Origin: Enterobacter phage fGh-Ecl02
Strand: one strand, 5' to 3'
Sequence record: ON212266.1
Length of the DNA stretch: 64,000 nucleotides
A program made the position numbers and the translations under genes. The number at the start of each line of letters is the position of its first letter. The stretch's first letter is position 1. The notes beneath the pieces are model-generated. The model ran no database searches and was not told the DNA's origin. It was given only the letters and a program-made list of their open reading frames with translations. Below are positions 17,651 through 27,787 of the stretch, in pieces.

Positions 17651-18865
17651 TCAGGAAGGGGTGAATTCGTTTACAGGAACTGTTTCAGGGATAGCCAGCT
17701 CAGGGCATGCTGCCTTCATCGGCTCGATGTATGGCTTGCTACCCACAATCCAGAACAGAGTGTTCTCATTGAGCAACTCGGGCTTGTGTTGCTGAACCCA
17801 GGTCATGACCTTGCCTTCATAGCGAGGATGCAACTCAATATCACCCCACTGATATTCCATCAGGTCATTATAACGAACCCAATTAGTGGTATGAAGATCC
17901 CAATGGTGTACCTCAAAGCGAGGAAGCACGACCTCTGGCTCTTCCTTCTGCCTGATACCACTTAGGAGGCCAGCCAGCGAAACGCTCTTAGAGGCATGCT
18001 GAAGTTCCTTCTTGCCGTGTACATAGTCTGGGTTGTCGTGATAGCGACGGGTGAAGTCGACAATGTGCGGCAGATTGGCATGTTTGCCGATGATACGCAG
18101 ACGGCTCTCAATGAAGTCAAGGCGGTTAGGACCGATGCCGATCAGATACACACGCTTCAGATTAGGCTTCGGATGCATTGCCAGCCCGGTCAGAATGCTT
18201 GTGCAAGAGTTGCACGATCCGGCTGGGATAATCAGATCGGTAATATGGTCAGGGATGTTGGCAACCTGCTCGCCACCCAGCATATGGAAGCCAGCGATGC
18301 GCTCAGGGGAGTGGGCTGTATGGTCGAGGGTGATACCATACTCCAGATAATACGCCTTTGGATTCTGTTGTTCGATCAACTTCTTACAGCGCGGCTGGAT
18401 CGTGCTGTTGTAACCCGAGCCGACGAAGTTGAACTCACTACCAAACCAGGCTGACATTGCCACCATGTCGTGGTTCATACAGGTGGTGGGTTTGGTCGCT
18501 CCGAGTACAGTGGTTGTCTTGCCGCCGAAGTGCCGAGAGACTGCTGTCGCCATAGGGGACTGTGGACTACCAACGACAGTGCCGTGGATGATGTCAGGGG
18601 AGCCTCCGGCCTTGAGGTGCTCAACCATCAACCAGATGGCCTGACGGAGTTTGCTGCCGTTGATACCCTGTTGGCCATTCGCGTAATTGGACAACGGTGC
18701 GAAGTAATCTTCACGCTTGAACCAGACCTGCTGATTGGTTTCGGGGTTGACGACAAGTTCGCACGGGGTGTGCTTGAAGAGATAATCTTCCCAATGGACC
18801 AGGTTGCGGTCGAGGGAAAGGATATCGAAGATGGTCTTGTTCATTCTATTTTCTCCTGTAGACAT
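17651..18865 (-). CDS. PLP-dependent fold-type-II enzyme (ACC-deaminase/Trp-synthase-beta family-like) 404 aa
   Basis: 'FKREDYFAPLSNYANGQQGINGSKLRQAIW...GGSPDIIHGTVVGSPQSPMA' matches the KRED...GNKxRK...GxxQSN pattern. Confidence 0.6.
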   Translation of the reverse strand: MSTGENRMNKTIFDILSLDRNLVHWEDYLFKHTPCELVVNPETNQQVWFKREDYFAPLSNYANGQQGINGSKLRQAIWLMVEHLKAGGSPDIIHGTVVGSPQSPMATAVSRHFGGKTTTVLGATKPTTCMNHDMVAMSAWFGSEFNFVGSGYNSTIQPRCKKLIEQQNPKAYYLEYGITLDHTAHSPERIAGFHMLGGEQVANIPDHITDLIIPAGSCNSCTSILTGLAMHPKPNLKRVYLIGIGPNRLDFIESRLRIIGKHANLPHIVDFTRRYHDNPDYVHGKKELQHASKSVSLAGLLSGIRQKEEPEVVLPRFEVHHWDLHTTNWVRYNDLMEYQWGDIELHPRYEGKVMTWVQQHKPELLNENTLFWIVGSKPYIEPMKAACPELAIPETVPVNEFTPS

Positions 18866-18914
18866 TGGCTTATCATAGTGTATCTACAGGAGTATAGAAA
18901 AGGAGAATCTCGGA

Positions 18915-19574
18915 TTACTTCTTGAACAGACGAAGGAACTTCATCATGTTATCCATGAAAGTTGGCTTCTTGGCCTTTTGTTTTACTGGAGCACCCTGAT
19001 CATTCAGAACACGACTGGCCGGAGGAGTAGGTGGTGTCGGCGCTTTCGTTTCACAGGCCGGAACGATGTTCACGTCATGATGAGAAGACTCAGATGTAGT
19101 GTTAACAACATTGTTCTCCTGGACGACAGGCTTGACGAGATTCTTTTCATACTCGCGAGCCATGGCCTGGTACTTCCGATTCTCTGCGTCAAAGTCCATA
19201 GAAACGACTTTACGACGGCGGCGCGTCGCGCTCTCATCACCATAGAAATCGTATCCGTTCTTGACCAGCCAGTGCACAGCTTGGACAAATGAATGGAAGA
19301 TCATGAACGGCTGACCATTGCCCTCTTCAGCAGCGGTGATACCGGAGTAACCCATGAGCACAACCTGACCCTTCACGTCGAGGTCAAAGAATGTGCATTC
19401 ACCGGGCTGGTTCAGATCACGCGGAGCCAGCTGGGAACCACGATGGATATAATTTGGCGACAAAAACTCATTCAGAGTTCGTTTGTTGCCTTTGTATTCA
19501 AACAGACGAATACAGATGGGAGTTGTCAGTTCATGCCATTCGGCTTCGTTGACCCAGATAGAAACATTACGCAT
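18915..19574 (-). CDS. hypothetical protein 219 aa
   Basis: ORF with a Pro/Thr-rich linker and basic C-terminus. Confidence 0.5.
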   Translation of the reverse strand: MRNVSIWVNEAEWHELTTPICIRLFEYKGNKRTLNEFLSPNYIHRGSQLAPRDLNQPGECTFFDLDVKGQVVLMGYSGITAAEEGNGQPFMIFHSFVQAVHWLVKNGYDFYGDESATRRRRKVVSMDFDAENRKYQAMAREYEKNLVKPVVQENNVVNTTSESSHHDVNIVPACETKAPTPPTPPASRVLNDQGAPVKQKAKKPTFMDNMMKFLRLFKK

Positions 19575-19912
19575 TGGTGTATCCTCAAATCAATGGATAG
19601 GGGTTTAACGGTTAAATTTTAAACCATTCTATCTCATTGAACAAATACAGAATGGGAAGGATGGACAAAAGAAAGCCGGATAAGGATATCCGGCTATGCC
19701 ACATCGATGGGATGGGTTGAAAGACTACACGCTTGCACTGGTACTACCCTATGGGAGAGCGCGTCAGGAGTCGAACCTGAAGTCGTCGACGTAGAGAAAG
19801 CTATTTGCATTTCACTATCCTCGCCGCGATTTTCTTAACTTCCTAAACACCCCGATTACGAGAGAGTCGACATGCACATCTTCTAACTCTTCAGGAAGTC
19901 ACGCTCGTAATT

Positions 19913-20001
19913 TGGCGGAAGGTGAAGGATTCGAACCTTCGGGGGCTAAAAGCCCCACTCGATTAGCAGTCGAGTCCCTTAAACCTCTCGGGCAACCTTC
20001 C
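19913..20001 (-). tRNA. tRNA-Ser (GCU), type II with long variable arm
   Basis: Minus strand ggaaggttgcccgagaggtttaagggactcgaCTGCTAAtcgagtggggcttttagcccccgaaggttcgaatccttcaccttccgcca. Anticodon loop cuGCUaa. T-loop GGTTCGAATCC. Confidence 0.7.
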
Positions 20002-20221
20002 AATTTGGACGGGCTTCACACCCGATTGAGCATTTGATCTGCTGTAGCCCAACTCCCCGCGCTTCTCAGCGCCGATTGGTTAACTGGCAACCAGTGCCTT
20101 CTGGTTCGATCTCCTGGAACTTTACAGGCTTTGCGCCCGACCATTTCTGGAAGTTGGGGCATCGTTTCCGATGTGGAGTCACCCCATTTTATACACAGCT
20201 GGCTGCAACGCTTACTGTGTT

Positions 20222-20305
20222 TGGTGTGAGTGGATGGATTCGAACCACCGCGCTGTTACGGGGAGATTTACAGTCTCCTGCATTCGACCGCTCTGCCACA
20301 CTCAC
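20222..20305 (-). tRNA. tRNA-Tyr (GUA), type II
   Basis: Minus strand ...ggagaCTGTAAAtctcc... with T-arm ggtggttcgaatccatc and acceptor gtgagtg/cactcac + A + CCA. Confidence 0.65.
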
Positions 20306-20562
20306 ATTTGGTCTGCCGCTGCGTGCTGGGCCACGCTCGAGGACATCGGCCATCCTTCCTCAGCTAATCCACGCAGCGGTAGATTTGTATCAGAGTGTCC
20401 GGTGTAGCAACCCGTGAGGTGCGCACTACTGTAGCCTCTACACTCTGAATTTGGTGGGCGCTACTATCGTCGTCTTCGGATTCCGTTCGGCTATTGGACA
20501 GAGGCTTGGAGCTTGTCGGTCGCGTACTTTATGCCTATTCACTTTCGTTCACACCCATTGTC

Positions 20563-20638
20563 TGGCGACGATGGCAGGACTTGAACCTGCGACATATGGA
20601 TTAACAGTCCACCGTTCTACCGACTGAACTACATCGTC
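20563..20638 (-). tRNA. tRNA-Asn (GUU)
   Basis: Minus strand gacgatgtagttcagtcggtagaacggtggaCTGTTAAtccatatgtcgcaggttcaagtcctgccatcgtcgcca, 76 nt, cloverleaf folds, close to E. coli tRNA-Asn. Confidence 0.85.
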
Positions 20639-20809
20639 TTGCAAATCACTATACCATATAAAGTTTATTGAACAAACATTTATTTTACAACAAACTGTAT
20701 TGGCGGGGTCTGAGGCTTTTCACCTCACCTGCTGGGTTTGGCCGCCCAGCCGTTCTCTATGAGGATTCACTGTCCGGACAGCTATCCATTAAACTATCGC
20801 CCCTCAATA

Positions 20810-20886
20810 TGGTGATCCTGATTGGGTTTGAACCAATGACCAATGAATTATGAGTTCACTGCTCTAACCGACTGAGCTACAGGACC
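20810..20886 (-). tRNA. tRNA with CAU anticodon (elongator Met or Ile2-lysidine type)
   Basis: Minus strand ggtcctgtagctcagtcggttagagcagtgaaCTCATAAttcattggtcattggttcaaacccaatcaggatcacca. G1-C72 pair, so not an initiator. The variable loop UGGUC resembles Ile2. Confidence 0.8.
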
Positions 20887-22997
20887 AAATTATTGTGTAC
20901 CAACCAAGGACTGTCAACCCTTTATCCCGTTTGTACATGATCAGTTCATGCATGCCTGTTTGTGCGCCTCACGGCATGCGCTTCTGTGGGTCTTTGGCCT
21001 GCACCATAGCCTCACCACAGGCGTTTATTTTTCCAGGGCTTTCCACTTGCAAGTCTTGACCATACAGGGATACGGGCTTGTAAGATCGGGTTGGACACAA
21101 CTTTGATGGCTCTGGTATTAAAGATCCCGCGTCACCCATAGACATGGTTTATAAATCCAGAGCCATCAAAGTTGCAACCAAATGTTACAACTCGCAGCTT
21201 CCATACAGAAGCAACTTGTCCTCTAACGCTCGGACCAAACGAGACTGGCTGGTTGATTCAGAGCCGCTGGTTGCTCCAGCAAGCATGGGTTGATAGCCCG
21301 ACAACATAGAATCACCCAAAGATGAAGAACACTCAGTGGTACAAGCCAGGGATACCAATTTCAGGTCCTTTGCGAGTTCTTTAAATGCTCTTCATTTTGT
21401 GAACTTGAGAATACTACGCCTGTCTCGGGTTTCCCCTTAGTTCGGCCTCCCAGTCCTCGCCGCGCCGGGTAGCTAACCCTGATGGCTCGTCTGCTACTGA
21501 GTTCTTCTTGGTGCCCACCAGTGTCCGGAATGTGTAGGCATCGCAATCTGCAAGGCATGGTCTATTTCGCCCAATGCTCTCTCAAGTTCACAAATCGAAG
21601 TGCCCTGACTCAACAGTATGGCCCAATATGCTGTTATCGTCCACCGGATTGGCCACCCACTTCGTAGATCAACCTTTGGGTTTAAGATAAATTGTCAAGG
21701 CACTTCGATTTGTGTGCCCTTCACCTGCCAGGGATCAGGGCTGATGGCAAGACTTCGCTCACATCTTTCAAGATACTCGTGAGAATATCCTCAAAGATGT
21801 GGAGCCGTTTTTAGGAGTCGAACCCAAATGCTTGTCAGTGCTGACCTTACGCACCATCTCACTCTTGAATGTTAACCCACTCCCAGCCCCACAACACTCA
21901 CTACGGTTAAGATTATTGCGTATGTTGTATGGTCTTGCTGGTCACAACTGAAAGGGCACTTAACAGAAGATAGGTCTGTTTGCCTCGGATGATTTCTCAG
22001 TAGCCTAAATGCCCTTACATGTTGTGTGCCCATTATTAATCACAGCGGGCCACTGCGCCGAATTTGGTGATGAGGAATCGGAAGACCTCACTGACTTATA
22101 GGCTGTTACGCCGCCATCAGAACTTCGGAATCATTAGCAGTTATTTGCTTGGTCAGTTTCTAAAAACCCGCAAAGTCACGCACAACGAAAACGAAAACCT
22201 GTTTGAGTCCTAAACGTACCTGTCTTAGTTCACAACGCTATGAGTGGCCAGGACTCAAACAGCTTGCCGTTCAGTGGGTTAACTATACTTTGTAACCCGT
22301 TATTGATAAAACCTTTTATTTTTGTTGGCGAGGGTGTCACCATCGATTTACCGGAACTTACGCATCCGGCCTCGCCTGTTGGTGCTCCTTCGAATCCGGG
22401 AAGATCAGTAGGAACTATGAATCAAGTTAATTCAACCAACAGGAACCTTGTTGCCCTTTGACGCAACATTATGAACCCTCTGTGAGGACTCATAATGTTG
22501 TCGGCGTGATGGAGATTAGCGCCCCCGACCTCCCCTTATACGTTGGTGTCGACTTGCCAACAGGGTGCTCTCTGATTCTGAGCTAATCACGCTACAACAG
22601 GGAGTTTCGTTCTCCGACGGTCAGTGCGTCCACCGACACCAGCGAGGTTGATATTACGCCTCTATTCGTCACGGTGCCCTGAGACTGGGCTTTCCTGGTT
22701 TCGGGTTCCAGCCCTACTCCCACCGCGCTATTCGCCTCGTGTTTAATACTTTACTACAGCCCAGCTAATTTGAAAAGTCCTCTCCTCTTTGTGCTACACT
22801 GCCCACAGCAGTGCGGACGAACCTTCACACAAAACCGGATGCGCCGAAGTGGGCGACTGTTTACCGGACTGATCAGGTAGACCCAGGAGAGTAAAGGTAA
22901 TCCCGATCAGGAGGATGAGGAGTAACATCATGTAAAACATAGTGTTCCCTCCCTTCCATGCAAATAACTTTACTGTAATTATTTATTGAATAAAGCG

Positions 22998-23567
22998 TTA
23001 TTTTAACACTTCTAACTTCACAACACGACGCAGAAGGTAAACATATTCACCAGCAGCTTCATGCGTCATATAATGGGTAGAAGGTGTGGAATGAGTGTTC
23101 TGGGTTTCTTTTAATCCAACACGTTCTGCCCAACCATTAATGGAGTTCCCATAGAAACCGATAATCGCGCCAAAATAAATGCGCTGGCTCTCTGGCTCTA
23201 AAACATAATTGACAGTGAAGCAAATGTCAGAACGAATAGACTCCAGTTTCATACCAACACGACCTTCAGAGAATTCGTTACGAACATATAAATGACGGAA
23301 GCGATCGCGCCGTGCTTGTGATGATTCTTCCAATTCTTGTCGAAGTGAAGAAGTTATGTCAATATTAAATGAAAATGTTGGATTTCGTAAATCAGAACGG
23401 GCCAACTCTAACGCAGATTCAATAACGCGACGGAAATTGATACTTTTACCTGTCAGGCGTTTCACTTCATCGGTGATTGTTCCAAAAGGGATTTTCGTGG
23501 CGTGTTCCCCTTCGTATTTTGCTAACAAAGGAATAATGTGTTTCATGATTGCTGTGTTAATGTGCAT
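22998..23567 (-). CDS. hypothetical protein 189 aa
   Basis: Last minus-strand ORF before the divergent region leading into the late module. Confidence 0.5.
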   Translation of the reverse strand: MHINTAIMKHIIPLLAKYEGEHATKIPFGTITDEVKRLTGKSINFRRVIESALELARSDLRNPTFSFNIDITSSLRQELEESSQARRDRFRHLYVRNEFSEGRVGMKLESIRSDICFTVNYVLEPESQRIYFGAIIGFYGNSINGWAERVGLKETQNTHSTPSTHYMTHEAAGEYVYLLRRVVKLEVLK

Positions 23568-23879
23568 TCCGGAGCCTCACTGGATTGATTAAATGTCTCC
23601 GTTATTATATTGGAGGTATGTTTATTGAATATAAACACAGGAATGGCCGATAAAATAATGACAGTGATTATTAATAGGCAAAAACTACTTTTCTACAACA
23701 TCAAGAAACTGTATCCTAACGCAGTGCCCTTCGAGTTGTGAGTGTCAACGAACAACGAGAAGCAGCCTCCATGGCTGTGGAATGGTGCTGCCCGCATAGG
23801 GCGGTGTTACGAGCGAGGGCGTCAGCCCCCTCGCGAGTTATATTCGAATAAATTAAACGCGCGCGAGCGTTTTGATTCC

Positions 23880-23900
23880 CATTGGCTAAATACTTCAACA
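23880..23900 (+). promoter_or_regulatory. late-promoter motif CTAAATAct upstream of gp6-like gene
   Basis: ggctaaatacttcaac lies about 40 nt upstream of ATG 23932. Confidence 0.45.
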
Positions 23901-23931
23901 CCATATTCAAACTCAGGTGATGGAGATTATC

Positions 23932-25710
23932 ATGGCCACGCAAACAGTCCCTTCACTCGATGTCAGGGCTTTCGAGTATCTTATCAAGAAGCGCATGAAA
24001 GCTGATCCAACTTTCAAGGATTATGACTTTGAAGGTTCTGGTCTCAGCGCAATCGTGCGTATCTTGGCATCGGATGCCAACTCTATCGGGTTCATGCAGA
24101 ACATGCTGAATGGCGAAAGCCATCTTCACTCTGCTCAACAGCGTTCTAATGTCGGTCTTGCGGCCGGGTTCTTGTCTTACACCCCTCACAACTACCAGGC
24201 AGCGTACCTGTATGCAAACGTCACAGTCACTCCGTATGACGCCAGCACGGCTCCAGACACGATTGTAATGGATCGCCGCGCGATGTTCATTGGGGTGAAG
24301 GATGGCAAATCCTATAACTTCACGGTTGACCAACCTGTGAGTGCCTCTCTTGTAGACGGCTCTTACAAGTTCGAGAACATCAAACTCATACAGGGTAACT
24401 GGCTGTACAAGTCCTATGATGTGGAAGGCAGCGCGATCTCTACCTATGTGATCCCATCTTCTTCCGTGGACATCGACCATATGGTGGTGCAGGTGCAGGA
24501 ATCTGAGACATCTGACGTGCGGTCTACCTTCTCACGATATGTCAGCCCGTTCGATTTGAGCCAGTATGCGCAACTCTACTTCGTTGAGCTGGGGTTGGAC
24601 GGGATGTACACGTTCGAATTCGGTGATGGGTATATCTGTAAGCGAGTAGAAGACGGGAACGTCGTGTACCTCCAGTATCTGGAGACAGCTGGTGCAGACG
24701 GCAATGATATCACTGCCTTGTCCTCCGCGTCTTCCATCGGGGGATTCAACCTTGTAGATGTTGAGCTGGTGTCAGAACGTTCTTCCGGTGGTAAGGACCC
24801 AGAGAGCATTGAGGACATCAAGCGCCTTGCTCCGCTGGCTTATCAGGCTGAGGGTGCGGCGGTAGCCGAAGTCGATTATGCTGTGTTGACCGAGCGTCTG
24901 TTCTCCAACGTCTCCCGCGCCAAAGCATATGGCGGCGACACGCTCTCTCCGCCCGACTCCGGATACGTTTACATTGCTGTAATACCTTCTGTTGGTGAGG
25001 CGCTCTCGGACGCTGAGAAGGCAGATATCGTGGCGAAGTTGGACAAGTACAATGTGGGCACGATCACACCCAAGATTGTCGACGCTGAACTGACTTATGT
25101 TGATGTCACCACCCGCGTGTTCTGGGATCCGACTTCCACGTCCTATACCGAAGAGCAGTTGAAGACAGTCGTGAAGAACGGTGTTGTCAACTGGGGCTTG
25201 GGGAACCTAGAAGGATTCGACGAACTGTTCGATAAAGAGCAGTTGCAGTCGGCCATCACCGACATGGACAGATCGATAGTGTCAAACATCACTTCTGTGA
25301 AGTATAAGCGCCATTTCAAGCCAGACTATGGGGTACTGGACAGCTTTACGTTCGATTATGGGCGCTCGATTGCGTCTGGTTCTGTGCGTATCAGTGGGTT
25401 TAAGCCGCTTCCGGCCGAGGTCGAATTCACTTACTACATACGCGACGTCAGTGGTGTCCTGAATATGTATAAGGTGAGTACAACAGACACGACCAAGGAA
25501 TATCTGGTACAAGCTGTTGGAACGGTTGATTATGTGACTGGCGTTGTTGAACTCCAGCGTATCATAGTATCCAACTACAACACTGAGGGTGTGACAATAA
25601 TTGTGTCTCCAGACGGTCTTGACCAGAACATTCAGGCCACACAGAATCAGGTGCTCCGCATCGGTACTGTAACTGTGGAGCCGGAGGTGCGTTATGTCCA
25701 AAGATCTTAA
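23932..25710 (+). CDS. baseplate wedge protein (T4 gp6-like) about 592 aa
   Basis: 'FKDYDFEGSGLSAIVRILASDANSIGFMQNM' aligns with the T4 gp6 N-terminus 'FLDYDFEGSRLNVLCDLLAYNT'. Confidence 0.75.
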   Translation: MATQTVPSLDVRAFEYLIKKRMKADPTFKDYDFEGSGLSAIVRILASDANSIGFMQNMLNGESHLHSAQQRSNVGLAAGFLSYTPHNYQAAYLYANVTVTPYDASTAPDTIVMDRRAMFIGVKDGKSYNFTVDQPVSASLVDGSYKFENIKLIQGNWLYKSYDVEGSAISTYVIPSSSVDIDHMVVQVQESETSDVRSTFSRYVSPFDLSQYAQLYFVELGLDGMYTFEFGDGYICKRVEDGNVVYLQYLETAGADGNDITALSSASSIGGFNLVDVELVSERSSGGKDPESIEDIKRLAPLAYQAEGAAVAEVDYAVLTERLFSNVSRAKAYGGDTLSPPDSGYVYIAVIPSVGEALSDAEKADIVAKLDKYNVGTITPKIVDAELTYVDVTTRVFWDPTSTSYTEEQLKTVVKNGVVNWGLGNLEGFDELFDKEQLQSAITDMDRSIVSNITSVKYKRHFKPDYGVLDSFTFDYGRSIASGSVRISGFKPLPAEVEFTYYIRDVSGVLNMYKVSTTDTTKEYLVQAVGTVDYVTGVVELQRIIVSNYNTEGVTIIVSPDGLDQNIQATQNQVLRIGTVTVEPEVRYVQRS

Positions 25711-26548
25711 TAACGGACACAATGGGGTGAAATATGAAACCCCATTGTTTTACCAGAATGAATTCCCAGTATTCATCGAGTTTATGGATACGTTCTTCAA
25801 CTGGTTGTATCGCCAGCAGGGATTCACCGAAGAGGAGATCTTGGCGTATCTGGCAGACACTGGTGGCTGGGTGAACCCAAATACGGATCAGTCTCCTATT
25901 GAGCAGTTGATTGATATCAAGAAGCGCAAGACGCCAGGTACTGAGGCCAAAGACTTCTTGGAAGACAAGTTCCTGACGCGCACGTTTGAGAACATGATGG
26001 CGCTAGACTTCGAAGATTTGCTGGACGTGGACGGTCGACCATTAATCTCAATGGAAGACAAGAACGAACGCATCGACGATTGGTATGCTGATTTTGGATT
26101 CCAGAGAACGGTTGATAAGTCCTTCCTGGAGTTCGGGAAGTTTGTGCCAGTTGGTTCGGACAGTTTGGTGACTTCAGACGGAGACACACTCTCTGTGTAT
26201 GTCGAGGGAACTGAACGCCGGACACTGGACCATGTACGCTGGTTGAAGTTACTTAAACACATTTATCGCATTCGCGGGACGAAGAAAGCGATTGAATTGT
26301 TCTTCTGGATTTACTTTGGTTGCCCAGTGAGTGTGTATTATCCCAAGGAAGCAATTGGTGGCCTGGATGACAACTTTGAATGTGACGGCGCGACAGGAAT
26401 GCGTGACGATTACTACTATGATGAATTCACGTATGTGATAAGAGTTCCTGGCAACGTATCTGATTTTGAAGGTGTGTTTGATCGCGTCTTCCGTCAGCAT
26501 TTCCATCCTGCTGGGTTTACTGTATTCCTAGAAAGTTCAAGGAGTTAA
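25694..26548 (+). CDS. baseplate-associated structural protein 284 aa
   Basis: Overlaps the gp6-like gene end by 17 nt and sits in the baseplate gene block. Confidence 0.5.
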   Translation: MSKDLNNGHNGVKYETPLFYQNEFPVFIEFMDTFFNWLYRQQGFTEEEILAYLADTGGWVNPNTDQSPIEQLIDIKKRKTPGTEAKDFLEDKFLTRTFENMMALDFEDLLDVDGRPLISMEDKNERIDDWYADFGFQRTVDKSFLEFGKFVPVGSDSLVTSDGDTLSVYVEGTERRTLDHVRWLKLLKHIYRIRGTKKAIELFFWIYFGCPVSVYYPKEAIGGLDDNFECDGATGMRDDYYYDEFTYVIRVPGNVSDFEGVFDRVFRQHFHPAGFTVFLESSRS

Positions 26549-26550
26549 AA

Positions 26551-27741
26551 ATGGCCGATTTTCTGAGTCGATACACAGGTCAGCAGATTGATGCAATCCT
26601 TTCTTCTGTTGACGATAAAATAAGCAAGACTGATGTTGTCAACGATTTCGCTGTTGATGATCCGTTGTTCCCTCCTTCAGCTCATTTGACATACGAGCTG
26701 AAGCGTTCTGTGGATAATATCTACGACACACTGGAAAACAAAGTGATCCGCACCGACGGTGGTGAACAAACGATCAACGGGAACAAGACTTTTGCTGCGT
26801 TGTTGAAAGCCAACGGCGGCCTGACTGTTCCGGCTGGAAAGAAACTGTCTATCGCGGATGAGCCTATAGTAGCGACAGATGGTGTTAACCTGAGCATGTT
26901 GAGAAAGCATGGTGTCAGTGAAGACACTACCCCACCTGGTTCTGGTTTGGCTGGGGAGTTGTTGGCATCCGGATATTACAAATTCAATTTGGATTTCACC
27001 AGATTGTCTGCGTATACCGGATCAACGATGCCGACTTCAATTCCAGTACAAACAGATTCTGGAGCGCGTTATTGGACAATGACTGCATTTTTTGATGCGT
27101 TGTTTGCAGATAACCGATTTAATGGATATGTGACAACGACAGCGTATGATGCAGATATGCTGAGTTTAGAGTCCCAGATTAATAACATCAACACATCGTT
27201 GAACGGGAAAGTCAACACCTCGACTTACAACACGAAGATGGCGTCATTGGATTTGAGTATCTCCAATATCAATACGTCTCTGGGTAATAAAGTCGAGGTT
27301 AGCACGTACAACACGAAGATGACATCTCTGGATAACAGCATCAGTTCTCTTTCCAGTGATAAAGTTAGTGTATCAACGTATAATGCCAAGATGACCTCTA
27401 TCGACAATAGTTTGGGGAACGCCGTTTATCGTACCAAAACGAATTTGTCATCATACACGGTTTCGGCTTCGGGAACGACGGCTCTTCCAGATTTTGATTT
27501 GGTGAACCTTTGTCAAATACTGGTAACTGCGCAATGGGGAACGGGTAACGTTGTTGATACATATCGAGTAACCATAACTCGTGACGGAACGATCAAATCA
27601 GAGTTGTTGGTTCAGAAAAGTACGAGTGGTACAGTGACGTTCACAGGGGCTGTGGTGGGTGGTAAATTGAGAATTTCCGTTGTTAATGCGAATACAACAA
27701 CTGCTTGTTCGGTCGATTATTCTATTGTAGCTTCTTTCTAA
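26551..27741 (+). CDS. tail-fibre/fibritin-like protein with three tandem ~24-aa repeats, 396 aa
   Basis: Repeats 'NINTSLGNKVEVSTYNTKMTSLDNSIS' x3 at nt about 27170-27420. RBS aaggag. Confidence 0.55.
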   Translation: MADFLSRYTGQQIDAILSSVDDKISKTDVVNDFAVDDPLFPPSAHLTYELKRSVDNIYDTLENKVIRTDGGEQTINGNKTFAALLKANGGLTVPAGKKLSIADEPIVATDGVNLSMLRKHGVSEDTTPPGSGLAGELLASGYYKFNLDFTRLSAYTGSTMPTSIPVQTDSGARYWTMTAFFDALFADNRFNGYVTTTAYDADMLSLESQINNINTSLNGKVNTSTYNTKMASLDLSISNINTSLGNKVEVSTYNTKMTSLDNSISSLSSDKVSVSTYNAKMTSIDNSLGNAVYRTKTNLSSYTVSASGTTALPDFDLVNLCQILVTAQWGTGNVVDTYRVTITRDGTIKSELLVQKSTSGTVTFTGAVVGGKLRISVVNANTTTACSVDYSIVASF

Positions 27742-27743
27742 AA

Positions 27744-27787
27744 CTAAATACCCCTAGATGAAACGAACACATTTAGGGGTATTTGAA
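27744..27787 (+). promoter_or_regulatory. late promoter CTAAATAcccc + hairpin cassette
   Basis: ctaaataccccta...taggggtattt inverted repeat ending 3 nt before ATG 27788. Confidence 0.55.

Noticed and set aside
22286-22400. Plus-strand tRNA candidate around ccttcgaatccgg
   Set aside because: The flanks of the TTCGAAT loop are not complementary, so there is no T-stem, and the ggcgagg/cctcgcc arms are only 36 nt apart. No cloverleaf can be drawn.
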